Below, one piece after another: positions 28,045-40,770 of a stretch of 64,000 bases of DNA. Position 1 is the stretch's first letter. Every line of letters begins with the position of its first letter. The position numbers and the translations under genes were made by a program. The notes under the pieces are model-generated. The model ran no database searches. It saw only the letters and a list, made by a program, of their open reading frames with translations, and had not been told where the DNA came from. The DNA is from Chloroflexota bacterium (GTDB taxonomy: Bacteria; Chloroflexota; UBA11872; VXOZ01): NCBI GenBank assembly GCA_964291655.2, contig OZ219802.1, positions 32,001 to 96,000 on the forward strand. The letters are read 5' to 3'.

Positions 28045-29055
28045 CTACCGAAAACTGACCAGGCTGCGCTTTAGCGTGTCAAAGTACTGCATTGCAACCC
28101 CGGTACCCAGTGCGACACTGATGAGGGGAGTGTCGGCAAGATAGCACGCAATGCCGGTTTCCTGCGTGAGGAGCCCGTCTAGATTGCGAAGCAGGGAACC
28201 GCCGCCTGTCATCACAATGCCTCGATCGATAATGTCTGAAGCAAGTTCCGGCGGTGTCTTTTCCAAGACGTCACGCGCGCACTTAACGATTATGCAGATG
28301 GTCTCCTGAATCGCTTCAGTTATCTCATCGGATGTGATGGTTATGGTTCTTGGCAGGCCCGCTACCTGATCTCTGCCGCGCACTTCAAGTGAAATCGGCT
28401 GGTCCAAGGGAAGTGCACTGCCTACGGCAATCTTTACCTCTTCAGCGGTGCCTTCACCGATCAAGAGGTTATAGTGTCTCTTGACATAATTGAGGATTGT
28501 CGAGTCGATGCGCCGTCCGCCCACGCGTACCGATTGGCAAACTACAATCGCGTTGAGTGAGAGAACGGCTACTTCAGTAGTGCCACCGCCTATGTTGATT
28601 ACCATGCTGCCGCTGGCGGAGGATATGGGCACATTGGCGCCGAGCGCCGCGGCAAGCGGCTCCTCGATCAGATAGGCATTGCCGGCGCCGGCCGAGACGA
28701 CTGCATCATGCACGGCGCGCCGCTCGACGCTGGTAATTCCGGTTGGCACAGAGACCATCACGTCTGGCTTGAAGAAGCGTACACGACCGCAGACCCGCCG
28801 AATGAGATGGCGTATCATCTCTTGGGTCACCACGTAATCAGCGATCACACCATCGCGCATCGGTCGGACAACGGCAATATTACTCGGCGCCCTACCAATC
28901 ATTTGGCGCGCCTCGTCGCCAATAGTCTCTACGCGATTGTCATCCGTGGATACGGCAACGACTGAAGGGCCATTAATGGTGATGCCCCGTCCCGGTACGT
29001 ATACCAGCACGTTGGCGGTTCCCAGATCGATGCCGATTTGCTGTGCACCAAACAT
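28045..29055 (-). CDS. mreB: Rod shape-determining protein MreB/Mbl
   Basis: IGIDLGTAN, RPMRDGVIAD, IEEPLAAA, IGGGTTEVAV, TPPELASDI, TGGG. Confidence 0.95.
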   Translation of the reverse strand: MFGAQQIGIDLGTANVLVYVPGRGITINGPSVVAVSTDDNRVETIGDEARQMIGRAPSNIAVVRPMRDGVIADYVVTQEMIRHLIRRVCGRVRFFKPDVMVSVPTGITSVERRAVHDAVVSAGAGNAYLIEEPLAAALGANVPISSASGSMVINIGGGTTEVAVLSLNAIVVCQSVRVGGRRIDSTILNYVKRHYNLLIGEGTAEEVKIAVGSALPLDQPISLEVRGRDQVAGLPRTITITSDEITEAIQETICIIVKCARDVLEKTPPELASDIIDRGIVMTGGGSLLRNLDGLLTQETGIACYLADTPLISVALGTGVAMQYFDTLKRSLVSFR

Positions 29056-29063
29056 CTAGCTTG

Positions 29064-30344
29064 CTATTCCATTGCGACGTGCGCGCCGAGAGCTATCAAA
29101 TTCTCCGGCAGAGACTCATACCCCCGAAACACGTGATGCATGTCCGTCACGCGTGTTGTGCCCTCAGCAGCAAGGGCCGCAAGCAAGAGGGCGACACCTG
29201 AACGGATATCGAGTGCGCGCACCGAGGCTGCCTGCAAGGGTGTGGGCCCGTGAATGTATGCTTTCTCGCCGGATACCCGAATGTCGGCTCCCATCTTGCG
29301 CAACTCTTCCACGTAGTTAAAGCGTGCCTCAAATACGCGCTCGTGAATTACGCTCTCCCCGGTTGCTTGCGTAAGCAAGGCACAAATCTGTGGCTGTAAG
29401 TCTGTGGGAAAGCCGGGAAAGTGAATTGCCTGCACTTCCACGGCTCGCAGAGGGTAGCTCGCCGACACCCTAATGGGATCAAGCGTTCCCTGTATGGTAA
29501 CACCGCATTGGGAAAGTTTGTAGAGCAGGGGTTCCATATGATCGTAATTCGTGTTGTGAATAGTCACGTCACCACCGGTGATAGCGCTGGCGAACGCAAA
29601 TGTCCCTGCCTCATGTCTGTCCGGTATCACGTCCCATTCCGCGCCGTGGAGACTCTCTACTCCCTCAACCTCTATCGTATTGGTGCCTGCGCCGTGGACG
29701 CGCGCTCCCATTTGATTGAGGCAATCGGCGAGTGCCACCACCTCCGGTTCTGAGGAGGCATGTCGAATCACGCTCGTACCCTTCGCCAATGCGGCGGCAA
29801 GCATGAGATTCTCAGTGCCGGTATGGCTGGGATAGTCCAGGTAGAGCCGAGCACCGCTAAGTCGGCTGGCGGACAGGCGATAGTCCTGGTCTTGGCTCTC
29901 CACTGAGGCGCCCATTGCCTCGAAGCCAAGCAAGTCCACGTTTACGGGCCGCTCTCCGATCTTGCAGCCGCCGGGATGCACGGAGGACACTTCACCGACA
30001 CGTGTCAACAGCGGTCCGGTCACCAGAAAAGAAGCGCGAAAACTCGTGGCTAATTCCGTGGGCGTGCGCGTCGATGAAATCGTCTCTGCAGTAATTGCAA
30101 TAGTCCGCTGATTCGCATCCAACTCCACGCGGGCGCCCAAGCTAGTGAGCAGATTGGCCATTGCCTCGATATCGCGAATGAAGGGTGGATTGTGCAGAAC
30201 GCACGTTTCATTCGTAAGCAAGGCTGCTGCCATGAGAGGCAACGCGCAGTTCTTCGAACCTCGGGCCCGCACCTCGCCGTACAAGCGATTTCCGCCAGAG
30301 ACGACGGCAGTATCGGCTTGTGTTCGTTGCTTCAGTGCTGTCAT
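29064..30344 (-). CDS. murA: UDP-N-acetylglucosamine 1-carboxyvinyltransferase
   Basis: GSKN, RAS, PGGCKIGERP (catalytic Cys), EPEV, PGFPTDLQ, DIRSG, RGYE. Confidence 0.95.
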   Translation of the reverse strand: MTALKQRTQADTAVVSGGNRLYGEVRARGSKNCALPLMAAALLTNETCVLHNPPFIRDIEAMANLLTSLGARVELDANQRTIAITAETISSTRTPTELATSFRASFLVTGPLLTRVGEVSSVHPGGCKIGERPVNVDLLGFEAMGASVESQDQDYRLSASRLSGARLYLDYPSHTGTENLMLAAALAKGTSVIRHASSEPEVVALADCLNQMGARVHGAGTNTIEVEGVESLHGAEWDVIPDRHEAGTFAFASAITGGDVTIHNTNYDHMEPLLYKLSQCGVTIQGTLDPIRVSASYPLRAVEVQAIHFPGFPTDLQPQICALLTQATGESVIHERVFEARFNYVEELRKMGADIRVSGEKAYIHGPTPLQAASVRALDIRSGVALLLAALAAEGTTRVTDMHHVFRGYESLPENLIALGAHVAME

Positions 30345-30530
30345 TCAGGGCTGCTCCTGAGGAAGACCACACGCACCAAGAACCGTTTAGCAGCTAAGGG
30401 CCGCCGGTAGGAAAGCGACAGGAATGCGATCAGAATGAAAAGTAGGAAGTCTGCGAAGACCGGCCGAACCGTCGTTCAAACTGCTGCGAGAATACGTCGC
30501 GATACCGCTTCCGAATTTCCTCTGCAGTGT

Positions 30531-30965
30531 TCATCGCGTCTGAGAAGAGCCGCGCCTGCGTCCCGCTCGTTGCGCTATACGCAAACGAATTAGCGCACGC
30601 CGCATGGCTGCCTCAGCGGCTGCGAGTTCCGCACCTTCACGCTTTTCGCTGAGGGCTTCTTCGGCGCGCCGACGCGCCTCTTCTGCACGTTCGACATCAA
30701 TCTCTTCGGCACGTTCAGAGGCATCTGCCAGGACAGCTACCTGATTGTCCCGTACTTCCAAGAATCCTCCCGTTACAAAGAAGGATTCTTCCTCCTCACC
30801 CTTGCGCATTATGAGTTCACCAGGGGCCAACGCAGTCATAAGCGGCGCGTGGCGCGGCAAGATTCCTACCATGCCTTCCGATGCCGGAGCCCGCACGGAA
30901 GCAACTGCCTCCGCCGTGAGAACTACACGCTCGGCGGTTATGATCTCAATGCGAAGCGATGCCAT
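30531..30965 (-). CDS. atpC: ATP synthase F1 epsilon
   Basis: GILPRHAPL, GGFLEV, C-terminal helical hairpin; operon position. Confidence 0.95.
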   Translation of the reverse strand: MASLRIEIITAERVVLTAEAVASVRAPASEGMVGILPRHAPLMTALAPGELIMRKGEEEESFFVTGGFLEVRDNQVAVLADASERAEEIDVERAEEARRRAEEALSEKREGAELAAAEAAMRRALIRLRIAQRAGRRRGSSQTR

Positions 30966-30967
30966 GA

Positions 30968-33318
<2,351 letters not shown>

Positions 33319-34851
33319 TTACGCTGCTCCTGACTGCACGGAAGGCTGGAAAACATCCTGCTTGAATTGACTGATTGCTGCCGTCAATTTCTCTTCAACC
33401 TCTTCAGGGAGGGCTTGGGATTCCCTTATCTCATCCGCTACCTCACGGTGGCTGGCAGAGATATGTTGCAGCAATTCGGTGACAAAGCGGTCGATGTCAT
33501 TTACAGCAACGTCGTCCAACTCACCGGCATTCAGGGCAAAAATGCTGATAACCTGGTTTTCAACAGACAGTGGGACGTACTGAGGCTGTTTCAAAATTTC
33601 CATCGCCCGTTGCCCGCGTTCGAGTTGCTGCCGTGTAACACGGTCAAGGTCCGAGCCGATTTGCGCGAAAGCGGCAAGTTCACGGTACTGCGCCATGTCC
33701 AAGCGCAGCCTCCCGGCCACCTGTTTCATCGCCTTGATCTGCGCATCTCCACCGACGCGCGAAACCGAGATACCGGCATTCACGGCAGGTCGCTGGCCAG
33801 CATAGAAGAGGTCCGGCTCAAGGTATATCTGCCCGTCCGTAATCGAAATCACGTTTGTGGGGATGTACGCAGATACGTCCCCGGCTTGAGTCTCGATGAT
33901 GGGTAGTGCGGTCAGCGTGCCACCGCCATGGTCTTCATTGAGACAGGAAGCCCGTTCCAGTAAGCGCGAGTGCAGATAGAAGACGTCGCCTGGATAGGCC
34001 TCACGGCCGGGTGGGCGGCGCAACAACAGGGATACCTGTCGATATGCCCAGGCATGCTTGCTGAGGTCGTCGTAGATGACCAGGGCGTCCTGGCCTCTAT
34101 CTCGGAAATACTCGCCCATAGTGCATCCGGCGAATGGAGAGAGATAGAGCAGAGCCGCGGGATCGGACGCGCCTGCGGCTACAATGATGGTGTGATCCAT
34201 TGCGCCGTTGCGGTCGAGAATCGTCATGACGTTGGCGATGTCTGACTCTTTCTGACCGATGGCGACATAAATGCAGACTACATCCTTGCCCTTTTGGTTG
34301 ATTATGGTGTCCAGCGCAATCGCCGTCTTTCCGGTCTGACGGTCGCCGATGATAAGTTCGCGCTGGCCGCGGCCAATGGGAATCATTGAGTCGATGGCCT
34401 TGATACCAGTCTGCAACGGGACATTCACGCTTTTTCGCGTGACGACACCGGGGGCCACTTTTTCAATCACGCTTGTCTCTGTGGTATTGATCGGTCCTTT
34501 GCCGTCCACGGGTTGGCCTAGCGAATTGACCACCCGTCCGGCGAGTTCAGGTCCGATAGGAACTGACATAACGCGTCCGGTGCCTCGCACCTCGTCACCC
34601 TCTTTGATCTCCTCGTAAGGGCCCATGATGACCGCACCGACGGTGTCTTCTTCCAAATTCAATGCGAGCCCAAAGACTCCGTTGGAGAACTCCAAAATTT
34701 CACTGCTCATAACTCCGGAAAGGCCGAAGATACGAGCGATGCCGTCTCCCGCTTCAACCACGGTGCCGACGTCAACCGCCTCGCTCGGGCGATCGAACGC
34801 TTCAATCTGTTGGCGAAGTGCGGAGGCAATATCCTCAGACTTGATGCTCAA
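33319..34851 (-). CDS. atpA: ATP synthase F1 alpha
   Basis: [31 protein letters not shown]. Confidence 0.98.
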   Translation of the reverse strand: MSIKSEDIASALRQQIEAFDRPSEAVDVGTVVEAGDGIARIFGLSGVMSSEILEFSNGVFGLALNLEEDTVGAVIMGPYEEIKEGDEVRGTGRVMSVPIGPELAGRVVNSLGQPVDGKGPINTTETSVIEKVAPGVVTRKSVNVPLQTGIKAIDSMIPIGRGQRELIIGDRQTGKTAIALDTIINQKGKDVVCIYVAIGQKESDIANVMTILDRNGAMDHTIIVAAGASDPAALLYLSPFAGCTMGEYFRDRGQDALVIYDDLSKHAWAYRQVSLLLRRPPGREAYPGDVFYLHSRLLERASCLNEDHGGGTLTALPIIETQAGDVSAYIPTNVISITDGQIYLEPDLFYAGQRPAVNAGISVSRVGGDAQIKAMKQVAGRLRLDMAQYRELAAFAQIGSDLDRVTRQQLERGQRAMEILKQPQYVPLSVENQVISIFALNAGELDDVAVNDIDRFVTELLQHISASHREVADEIRESQALPEEVEEKLTAAISQFKQDVFQPSVQSGAA

Positions 34852-34877
34852 GAGGCCCTCTCTCCTTTCCGAGCGCG

Positions 34878-35414
34878 CTAGATTACACGCGCCAGTTGCT
34901 CTTCCATCGCCCTTAGCGACGCTCGGACGCTAAGGTCTTGCAGGCGGTCTTCTTCGCGTAGTATAAGTCCGCCAACGATGGCGGGATCTACAGTTTCCTC
35001 CAAATGCACGCTGCGGCCATCTCTGCCCAGCGAATCCTTGAGTTGCTGACGCAAGTCCTCCGTCAGTGGTGCCGCACTGGTCACGTGTACGCGCGCTATT
35101 CCTTCAATTCGGTCCGCTTCTCGCAACACCTGTCGAGCAATCTGCGAAATACTGCGCACCGCGCGATCCTCAATGAGAATTCTCAACAGCTCCTGACCGG
35201 CGGTAGACAGATGGCCTCCAATTGAACGTTGCACAGCATCCATCCGCTCCGCCAAAGTCAGACGCGGGTCTTCCAAGAAGTGGCGAATCGTACGGTCTTC
35301 GCCGATCACCAGGAGAACCGTCATGTCACGCCGCCATTGGTCAAGCGTATTCGTCTTACGCGCGAAGTCCAGCACACCGCGGCTGTAGCGGCGGACATTG
35401 GTAGCGCTGCTCAC
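34878..35414 (-). CDS. atpH: ATP synthase F1 delta
   Basis: RRYS start, [19 protein letters not shown]; operon position. Confidence 0.9.
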   Translation of the reverse strand: MSSATNVRRYSRGVLDFARKTNTLDQWRRDMTVLLVIGEDRTIRHFLEDPRLTLAERMDAVQRSIGGHLSTAGQELLRILIEDRAVRSISQIARQVLREADRIEGIARVHVTSAAPLTEDLRQQLKDSLGRDGRSVHLEETVDPAIVGGLILREEDRLQDLSVRASLRAMEEQLARVI

Positions 35415-35905
35415 GATGTTTCTTCCAAATCTGCAACGAGACGGGCCGTGAGTTGGCGGTCCTTCTCTGAATCGAAACTCTCGTGAATGAGCTTTCCGGC
35501 CACAGCAACCGAGAGCGACGCAACCTCTTGGCGCAATTCACGGCGAGCGTGCCCAATCTCAGCACGAAGTTCTTCTTGGCCTCTCTCCAGAATGCGCTGC
35601 GCTTCCTGTTGAGCATTGGCGACACTTTCATCGCGTAAGCGCTCAGCCGCCGCCGTCGCGTCATCGATGATCTTGCGTGCATGAGCGCGCGAATCTTCAA
35701 GCTGCCGCTCATACTCTTCGCGGAGATTCTCTGCCTCAGTGCGCGCACGTTCCGCTGCCTCTTGGCCTTCGCGGATACGCTCCTTCCGCTGATCGAGCAT
35801 GTTTAGCACGGGGCGGTAAAGCAGACGGTGCAGCAGAAAGACGAGAAGCAGAAAGTTGATGATCTGGAAGGCGAGATAAAACGGGTTGATCCCCAGCTCG
35901 CCCAT
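35411..35905 (-). CDS. atpF: ATP synthase Fo b subunit
   Basis: LGINP..QIINFLLL TM, YRPV..LDQR, coiled coil. Confidence 0.95.
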   Translation of the reverse strand: MGELGINPFYLAFQIINFLLLVFLLHRLLYRPVLNMLDQRKERIREGQEAAERARTEAENLREEYERQLEDSRAHARKIIDDATAAAERLRDESVANAQQEAQRILERGQEELRAEIGHARRELRQEVASLSVAVAGKLIHESFDSEKDRQLTARLVADLEETS

Positions 35906-35977
35906 AGCGGTACCTTCTCCCTTTTGCCTGATGTATCTCGAGTCTACCTAGAATCGGCGGTGCGATTCTCGAATGCC

Positions 35978-36208
35978 TTACCCTAGGAAAATAAGCAGGA
36001 TCGCCGTTAGCAACGAGTAGATTGCAATCGCCTCGGCGAGGCCCGCACCAATGATAAGGGTGTTGCGAACGTCATTCGCGGCTTCTGGATTGCGTCCAAT
36101 TGCCTCCATCGCGCCGCGCACCGCAATTCCGATGCCCAAGCCCGGACCAATAGCTCCGACGCCCATTGCGATACCCGCAGCCAACTTTGCAGCAGTTTCC
36201 GGATCCAT
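35978..36208 (-). CDS. atpE: ATP synthase Fo c subunit (H+-type)
   Basis: GAIGPGLGIG, IGRNPE, AEAIAIY; lacks the Q...ES/T Na+-binding signature. Confidence 0.97.
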   Translation of the reverse strand: MDPETAAKLAAGIAMGVGAIGPGLGIGIAVRGAMEAIGRNPEAANDVRNTLIIGAGLAEAIAIYSLLTAILLIFLG

Positions 36209-36284
36209 GGATTCCTCTTCTCCTTACTCTTACCACTACTAGCTCGGTACGAAAAACCTAACTGCTCTTACGCATGACAAAACT

Positions 36285-37052
36285 CTAGGAATGCGCTTCT
36301 TCGTGTTCATGTTCACCGCTCATGGCCAGTCCAAGGAAGATTAGTGTGAGCATGGTGAAGATGAGCGCCTGGATCAGGCCGAAGAGTACCTCCAAGACCA
36401 TGAATGCGGCTCCTACCAATGGTATGCGCATCACCAAGAGCAAGACTTCTCCAGCAAAGATATTGCCAAAAAGACGGACGGAGAGCGACACCGGCACAAA
36501 AGATTCGATCGCAATGTTTATCAGGATCAGAATTGGCAGGGGGCCCGCCAGGTGCTTTAGGTATCCCAGTGGCTTGTGAACGATCAATCCCGCGGCGTGG
36601 ATGAGAATGAAAGCGATCAGCGCCATACCGATAGTCATGTTGAGGTCGCTGTTGGCAGCTCGAAAGATCGGTATGAAAATCTCGTGCCCCTTGCCGTCGT
36701 CTCCCCAAACGCCAATGCTATTGAAGCCTGGCAAGAGTCCCATCCAGTTCGCAACAACAATGTAGATGAAGAATGTCGCAATGATAGGAAATACGATGCG
36801 GGCGCGGGCACCGACGACGCCCTCAACAATGTCGTAGAGCATGCCGACAATGGCTTCGGCAAAATTCTGTAGGCCGCTCGGGACCAATTGCATGTTACGC
36901 GTGGCAAGGATGGAGGCAATCACCAGCAGCGCCATGACGATCCAGGCGGTAAAGATAGTGTTGGTGATTGTAATAGGGCCTATGTGAAACAGGGGTTCCG
37001 CAGCCAGCGAAATGTGCAGTCCTTTGAAGCCAATGATTTCCAGGAAATCCAT
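36285..37052 (-). CDS. atpB: ATP synthase Fo a subunit
   Basis: PSGLQN, NWMGLLPG, SLSVRLFGNIFAGE, IQALIF. Confidence 0.96.
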   Translation of the reverse strand: MDFLEIIGFKGLHISLAAEPLFHIGPITITNTIFTAWIVMALLVIASILATRNMQLVPSGLQNFAEAIVGMLYDIVEGVVGARARIVFPIIATFFIYIVVANWMGLLPGFNSIGVWGDDGKGHEIFIPIFRAANSDLNMTIGMALIAFILIHAAGLIVHKPLGYLKHLAGPLPILILINIAIESFVPVSLSVRLFGNIFAGEVLLLVMRIPLVGAAFMVLEVLFGLIQALIFTMLTLIFLGLAMSGEHEHEEAHS

Positions 37053-37060
37053 AGTGCTCC

Positions 37061-37288
37061 CTACACCTGCAATCGAAAGAGCTGGTAGAGCGTACCAAAG
37101 CTCAACAATAACCCGATTAACATACCTACGAGAACCAGCAACGGACCCGTGCCGAACCGTTCGTCAAGATAGTTGCCGGCCCAAACACCACCGAGCACAA
37201 ATGCGCCCACTACAAAGCCGAATTGGAGCGCGAACATTCCTGCTCGCAGCGGCCCTATCTCAATGCGCTTCTTGGGCTGGGGCGGCAT
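37061..37288 (-). CDS. AtpZ/AtpI-family small membrane protein
   Basis: GVWAGNYLDERFGTGP; first gene of the atp operon. Confidence 0.85.
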   Translation of the reverse strand: MPPQPKKRIEIGPLRAGMFALQFGFVVGAFVLGGVWAGNYLDERFGTGPLLVLVGMLIGLLLSFGTLYQLFRLQV

Positions 37289-37311
37289 TGTCCTTCCTCT
37301 AGCGTCAAGCA

Positions 37312-37340
37312 AGTATAGCATACGCCGATGTCCGCCTCAA
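37312..37340 (-). promoter_or_regulatory. sigma70-type promoter of the atp operon
   Basis: Minus strand TTGAGG-17 nt-TATACT with extended TG (TGCTATACT). Confidence 0.7.
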
Positions 37341-37426
37341 AGCCTCCGCGCGCATGTGCATTATTTCACAATCTCTTTTGTTTGTCTACAAGCGAGGTTG
37401 ATTAATTGGATCATTGACCCCGATTC

Positions 37427-38554
37427 TCAGCGAGCGCGTGTCAGTAGGTCTTGTATGGAAACTGAAGCTCCGTCCCGACCGGCTGAGACATTTGCGCCGA
37501 GCACGGCAGCCAGACTGTACATCGCATCGCTAAAGGGACTGCGAATGTATGACGGGTCGCCCTGCGCTACCGCTCTAACGAATGCGCGGTTGACTTCAAG
37601 CGTGGCGTCGCCGCGATTGCCTGCGGGCAATCTATGCCGCAGTACTTCGGTTGATGGCGTCGTGCGAGGAGGGTACGCTCCGTCATGGAAGTAGGCGACC
37701 GGCCCTTGGGGCTCCAGGCTCAGATGGCCGTGGTCCCACAGCACGTGCATGTAGCTTTCCTGATAGAAGACTCGGGCCAAACGCGACATAATGAGGTGTC
37801 CCACAGCCCCATTGGCAAATGTGTACGTCACGCTATAGGCTGTCGGATTGTCGCCTTCAAAAGCGGCAAGTACGGGGTCCCGTTGCACGTAATGAGCTTG
37901 TACACTGTCAATCTCACCGCACCAGTAACGCATCAAATCAGTCTGGTGAATGCCGGCTTCGACGACCGAACTGCCGGACCAATCTTGAAAGGCAGTCCAA
38001 ACCCGGCTCGCCGGTCCGCCAAGGTCTTCAGTCGGTGTGTGCTTCGCGTTATGGCTTTCCACGCTTCCCGTGTGAACCATGGTTGCCATGACGATGCGCT
38101 TGCCTTGCAGATACTCGTGCATTGCGGCATGCCAGGCATCGTAGCGCTCCTGAAAGCCAACCGCAGCAATGACGTTTTTGCGTTCAATGGCAGCATCCAT
38201 GGCGTGCGCTTCTTTGAGGTCGAGACTCATGGGCTTTTCCACAAAGAGATTGAGGCCCCGTTCAGCGGCGCACACCACCTCGCCGTTGTGGCGGTTGGGT
38301 GGAATGCACACGTAGAGCGCGTCTAGCTCCTCCGCTGCCAGGAGCGTGTCTAAGGAAGTGTAGCGGCGGACACTCTCCTGTCGATATTCAGGAACATGAC
38401 GGCGGATCTTTTCTTCCACCAGATTGGGTTCGTGCATGTCTCCGAGCGCGGCGACCTGAGCCACTCCCTCTTCCTGCAAACGCCAAAGCGCTGCCAGGTG
38501 TTGCAATCCGCGCTGACCGATGCCAAGAATGCCGATCCGAGGTGGTGCGGTCAT
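37427..38554 (-). CDS. Gfo/Idh/MocA family oxidoreductase
   Basis: IGILGIGQRG, FVEKPMS, EAGIHQTD. Confidence 0.85.
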   Translation of the reverse strand: MTAPPRIGILGIGQRGLQHLAALWRLQEEGVAQVAALGDMHEPNLVEEKIRRHVPEYRQESVRRYTSLDTLLAAEELDALYVCIPPNRHNGEVVCAAERGLNLFVEKPMSLDLKEAHAMDAAIERKNVIAAVGFQERYDAWHAAMHEYLQGKRIVMATMVHTGSVESHNAKHTPTEDLGGPASRVWTAFQDWSGSSVVEAGIHQTDLMRYWCGEIDSVQAHYVQRDPVLAAFEGDNPTAYSVTYTFANGAVGHLIMSRLARVFYQESYMHVLWDHGHLSLEPQGPVAYFHDGAYPPRTTPSTEVLRHRLPAGNRGDATLEVNRAFVRAVAQGDPSYIRSPFSDAMYSLAAVLGANVSAGRDGASVSIQDLLTRAR

Positions 38555-38879
38555 GCTGAAGATGTTCCAGTGTAATGTAACTTACGGTGCACTGTGCGCT
38601 CCGCGTTCACTACTAATCTCCCCATGCTCATAACAACCAAGCGCACTATCGTCATCTTCTGAAGCGATGCCAAGTGGCCGCTATGCGCAAGCAAGAGGGA
38701 GTGTTGTGTCATCGTCTACACGACGCCCCGTTCAGCTTTTGTATCCTCAAGACAAAAAGGCAGTCGGTTGCTCGAGCGAAATCAAGAATACAAGGTACGC
38801 GCTAACATTGGGCGAGGCACTCCCATGCCGAGCCTCTCCCGGGCCTTCTCAATCCTTCTCGCGACCCAAGACACGAGCA

Positions 38880-39716
38880 TCAGTAAGGGAGTTGGGTGTC
38901 TGGATTCTCTTGCATGTAGTGTGCGAGGCGAACGCCGAGATTCTCCTGCAACTGAATGCTGAGACCGCCGTCAACTACCAGAGCGTGACCCGTAATGAAA
39001 CTCGCCTGTGCCGAGCAGAGGAACGCAATGGCGCTGGCAATTTCCTCCGGCTTTCCGCAGCGCCGCAGGGGGTACTGCTCTTCAAAGAACGCGTAGCCGC
39101 TTGGATTGTCCTCCCACATGCGGGCCTGGATATTCTCGGTGACAATGTGGCCCGGGCAGATAGCGTTCACGCGAATGCCGCGCGGGCCGAGATCAATTGC
39201 CATCTGACGTGTCATGCCGATCACTGCACTCTTGCTCGCTTCGTAGACGAGAAAGCCGGGCGATTGTAAGAGGCCATGCACGGACGAGATGTTGATGATG
39301 TTGCCGCCACCATTCTTCTCCATGTGCGGAACTGCGTACTTGCTGGCGAGGAAGAGGGCTTTGGCCATTACTGCTAATCCGGAATCCCAGGCTTCTTCTG
39401 TCGTCTCGAGAATGCTCGTGTCTTGGGCCGACGTCGGGGAGTACGCGTTATTCACAAGAATATCCACCCGTCCCCAATGCTCCACGGCACTGTCGATAGT
39501 CTTGACGATGTCGGCGTGGTCACCCACATTTGCCAACACAACTTCAGCCTCACCGCCCGCCTCACGAATGCCGGAGGCATTCTCCCTTGCCGCTTCCTCG
39601 TTGATGTCAGCAATGAGGACCTTCCCGCCGTCGGCGTCTAGCCGACGCGCGGTAGCGCCACCGATTCCCAATGCGCCCCCCGTCACTATGGCTACATGTC
39701 CCGACAAGTCAAACAT
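38880..39716 (-). CDS. Short-chain dehydrogenase/reductase
   Basis: TGGALGIG, NNA, NISS, YEASK, NAICPG, VDGG. Confidence 0.92.
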   Translation of the reverse strand: MFDLSGHVAIVTGGALGIGGATARRLDADGGKVLIADINEEAARENASGIREAGGEAEVVLANVGDHADIVKTIDSAVEHWGRVDILVNNAYSPTSAQDTSILETTEEAWDSGLAVMAKALFLASKYAVPHMEKNGGGNIINISSVHGLLQSPGFLVYEASKSAVIGMTRQMAIDLGPRGIRVNAICPGHIVTENIQARMWEDNPSGYAFFEEQYPLRRCGKPEEIASAIAFLCSAQASFITGHALVVDGGLSIQLQENLGVRLAHYMQENPDTQLPY

Positions 39717-39741
39717 AGGCCTACTCTTTCCGTCTCAGCAA

Positions 39742-40740
39742 CTAATCGCTTGCAGATTGTTGTAACTTTACGCGCGCCAAGACCTCCGGATTGACGACAC
39801 TTTCCGGCATGTTCGCTTGCAGTACCTGGGCGACTGCCTGGGCCGTGCGCGTCTGCAAAACCGCAAGCGACTCCTCACTATAGAAGGCGACGTGGGGAGA
39901 GACGATCAGGTTCTCCTGTTTGAGGAGCGGGTCGCTCGGGTCAGGCGGTTCCTGGGGAAGCACGTCGACTCCGGCAGCGGCAATGTGCCCGGAACCAAGC
40001 GTCTCCGCCAAGGCAGAACTCTCGACCAAGCCGCCGCGGGAGGTATTGATGAAGATCGCGCCAGGCTTCATGAGTCGGAATCGCTCCCGATCGAACATGA
40101 GCGCGGTTTCAGGTGTGAGAGGAAGATGCAAGCTGACAAAGTCACACTCTTTCAGCAAGTCTGGCAAGCTGACTGCGCGGCAGCCTGCTCGTTGGGCATC
40201 CTCAGACGTCAAATGAGGGCTGTGCGCAAGCACTCGCAGTCCCAGAGCGTGCGCTTTGGCCGCCACCCGGCGGCCGGTTTGTCCAAAGCCGACAATACCC
40301 AATGTCTTGCCATGGATGCGGAAGAGCGGCATGCCCACTTTGCTATTCCAATTCTCTGCGCGCACCGCTCTATCGTAGCGGGTTAGTCGCCGGGCGCAGG
40401 CGAAGAGGAGGGCAAGCGTGTGTTCTGCTACTTCCTCCACACAATAGTCCGGCACATTCGTTACTACTACGTCACGGCCCGTAGCTACGTCCACAGCAAT
40501 GTTGTCTACGCCGATGCCGTACCGCGCAATGACTCTGAGCTGATCTGTAGCGCGCACGACTGCGGGTGTGACGGAGGCAAAACACGTCATGATGCCGTCA
40601 ACGCCGGCGGCAAGTTTTACCAAAGTCTCTTCATCACCACTTGGTGATGGGACCAACTCGACGCCAAGCGGCTCGAGGACTGTTCGCTCTCTGTCCAGCG
40701 TGGGCCAAACGTAATCGGTGATGAGTACGCGGTAGCGCAT
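39742..40740 (-). CDS. D-isomer 2-hydroxyacid dehydrogenase (CtBP-like)
   Basis: GIGVDN, TNVPDY, GIVGFGQTG, INTSRG, QEP, SPHVAFYS. Confidence 0.9.
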   Translation of the reverse strand: MRYRVLITDYVWPTLDRERTVLEPLGVELVPSPSGDEETLVKLAAGVDGIMTCFASVTPAVVRATDQLRVIARYGIGVDNIAVDVATGRDVVVTNVPDYCVEEVAEHTLALLFACARRLTRYDRAVRAENWNSKVGMPLFRIHGKTLGIVGFGQTGRRVAAKAHALGLRVLAHSPHLTSEDAQRAGCRAVSLPDLLKECDFVSLHLPLTPETALMFDRERFRLMKPGAIFINTSRGGLVESSALAETLGSGHIAAAGVDVLPQEPPDPSDPLLKQENLIVSPHVAFYSEESLAVLQTRTAQAVAQVLQANMPESVVNPEVLARVKLQQSASD

Positions 40741-40770
40741 ACATTCTCCTTGTAAGCGGAGTTTGGGCGG

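Noticed and set aside
35978-36208. Na+-translocating ATP synthase
   Set aside because: The c subunit has GLGIG and AEA, not the Gln...Glu-Ser/Thr Na+ signature
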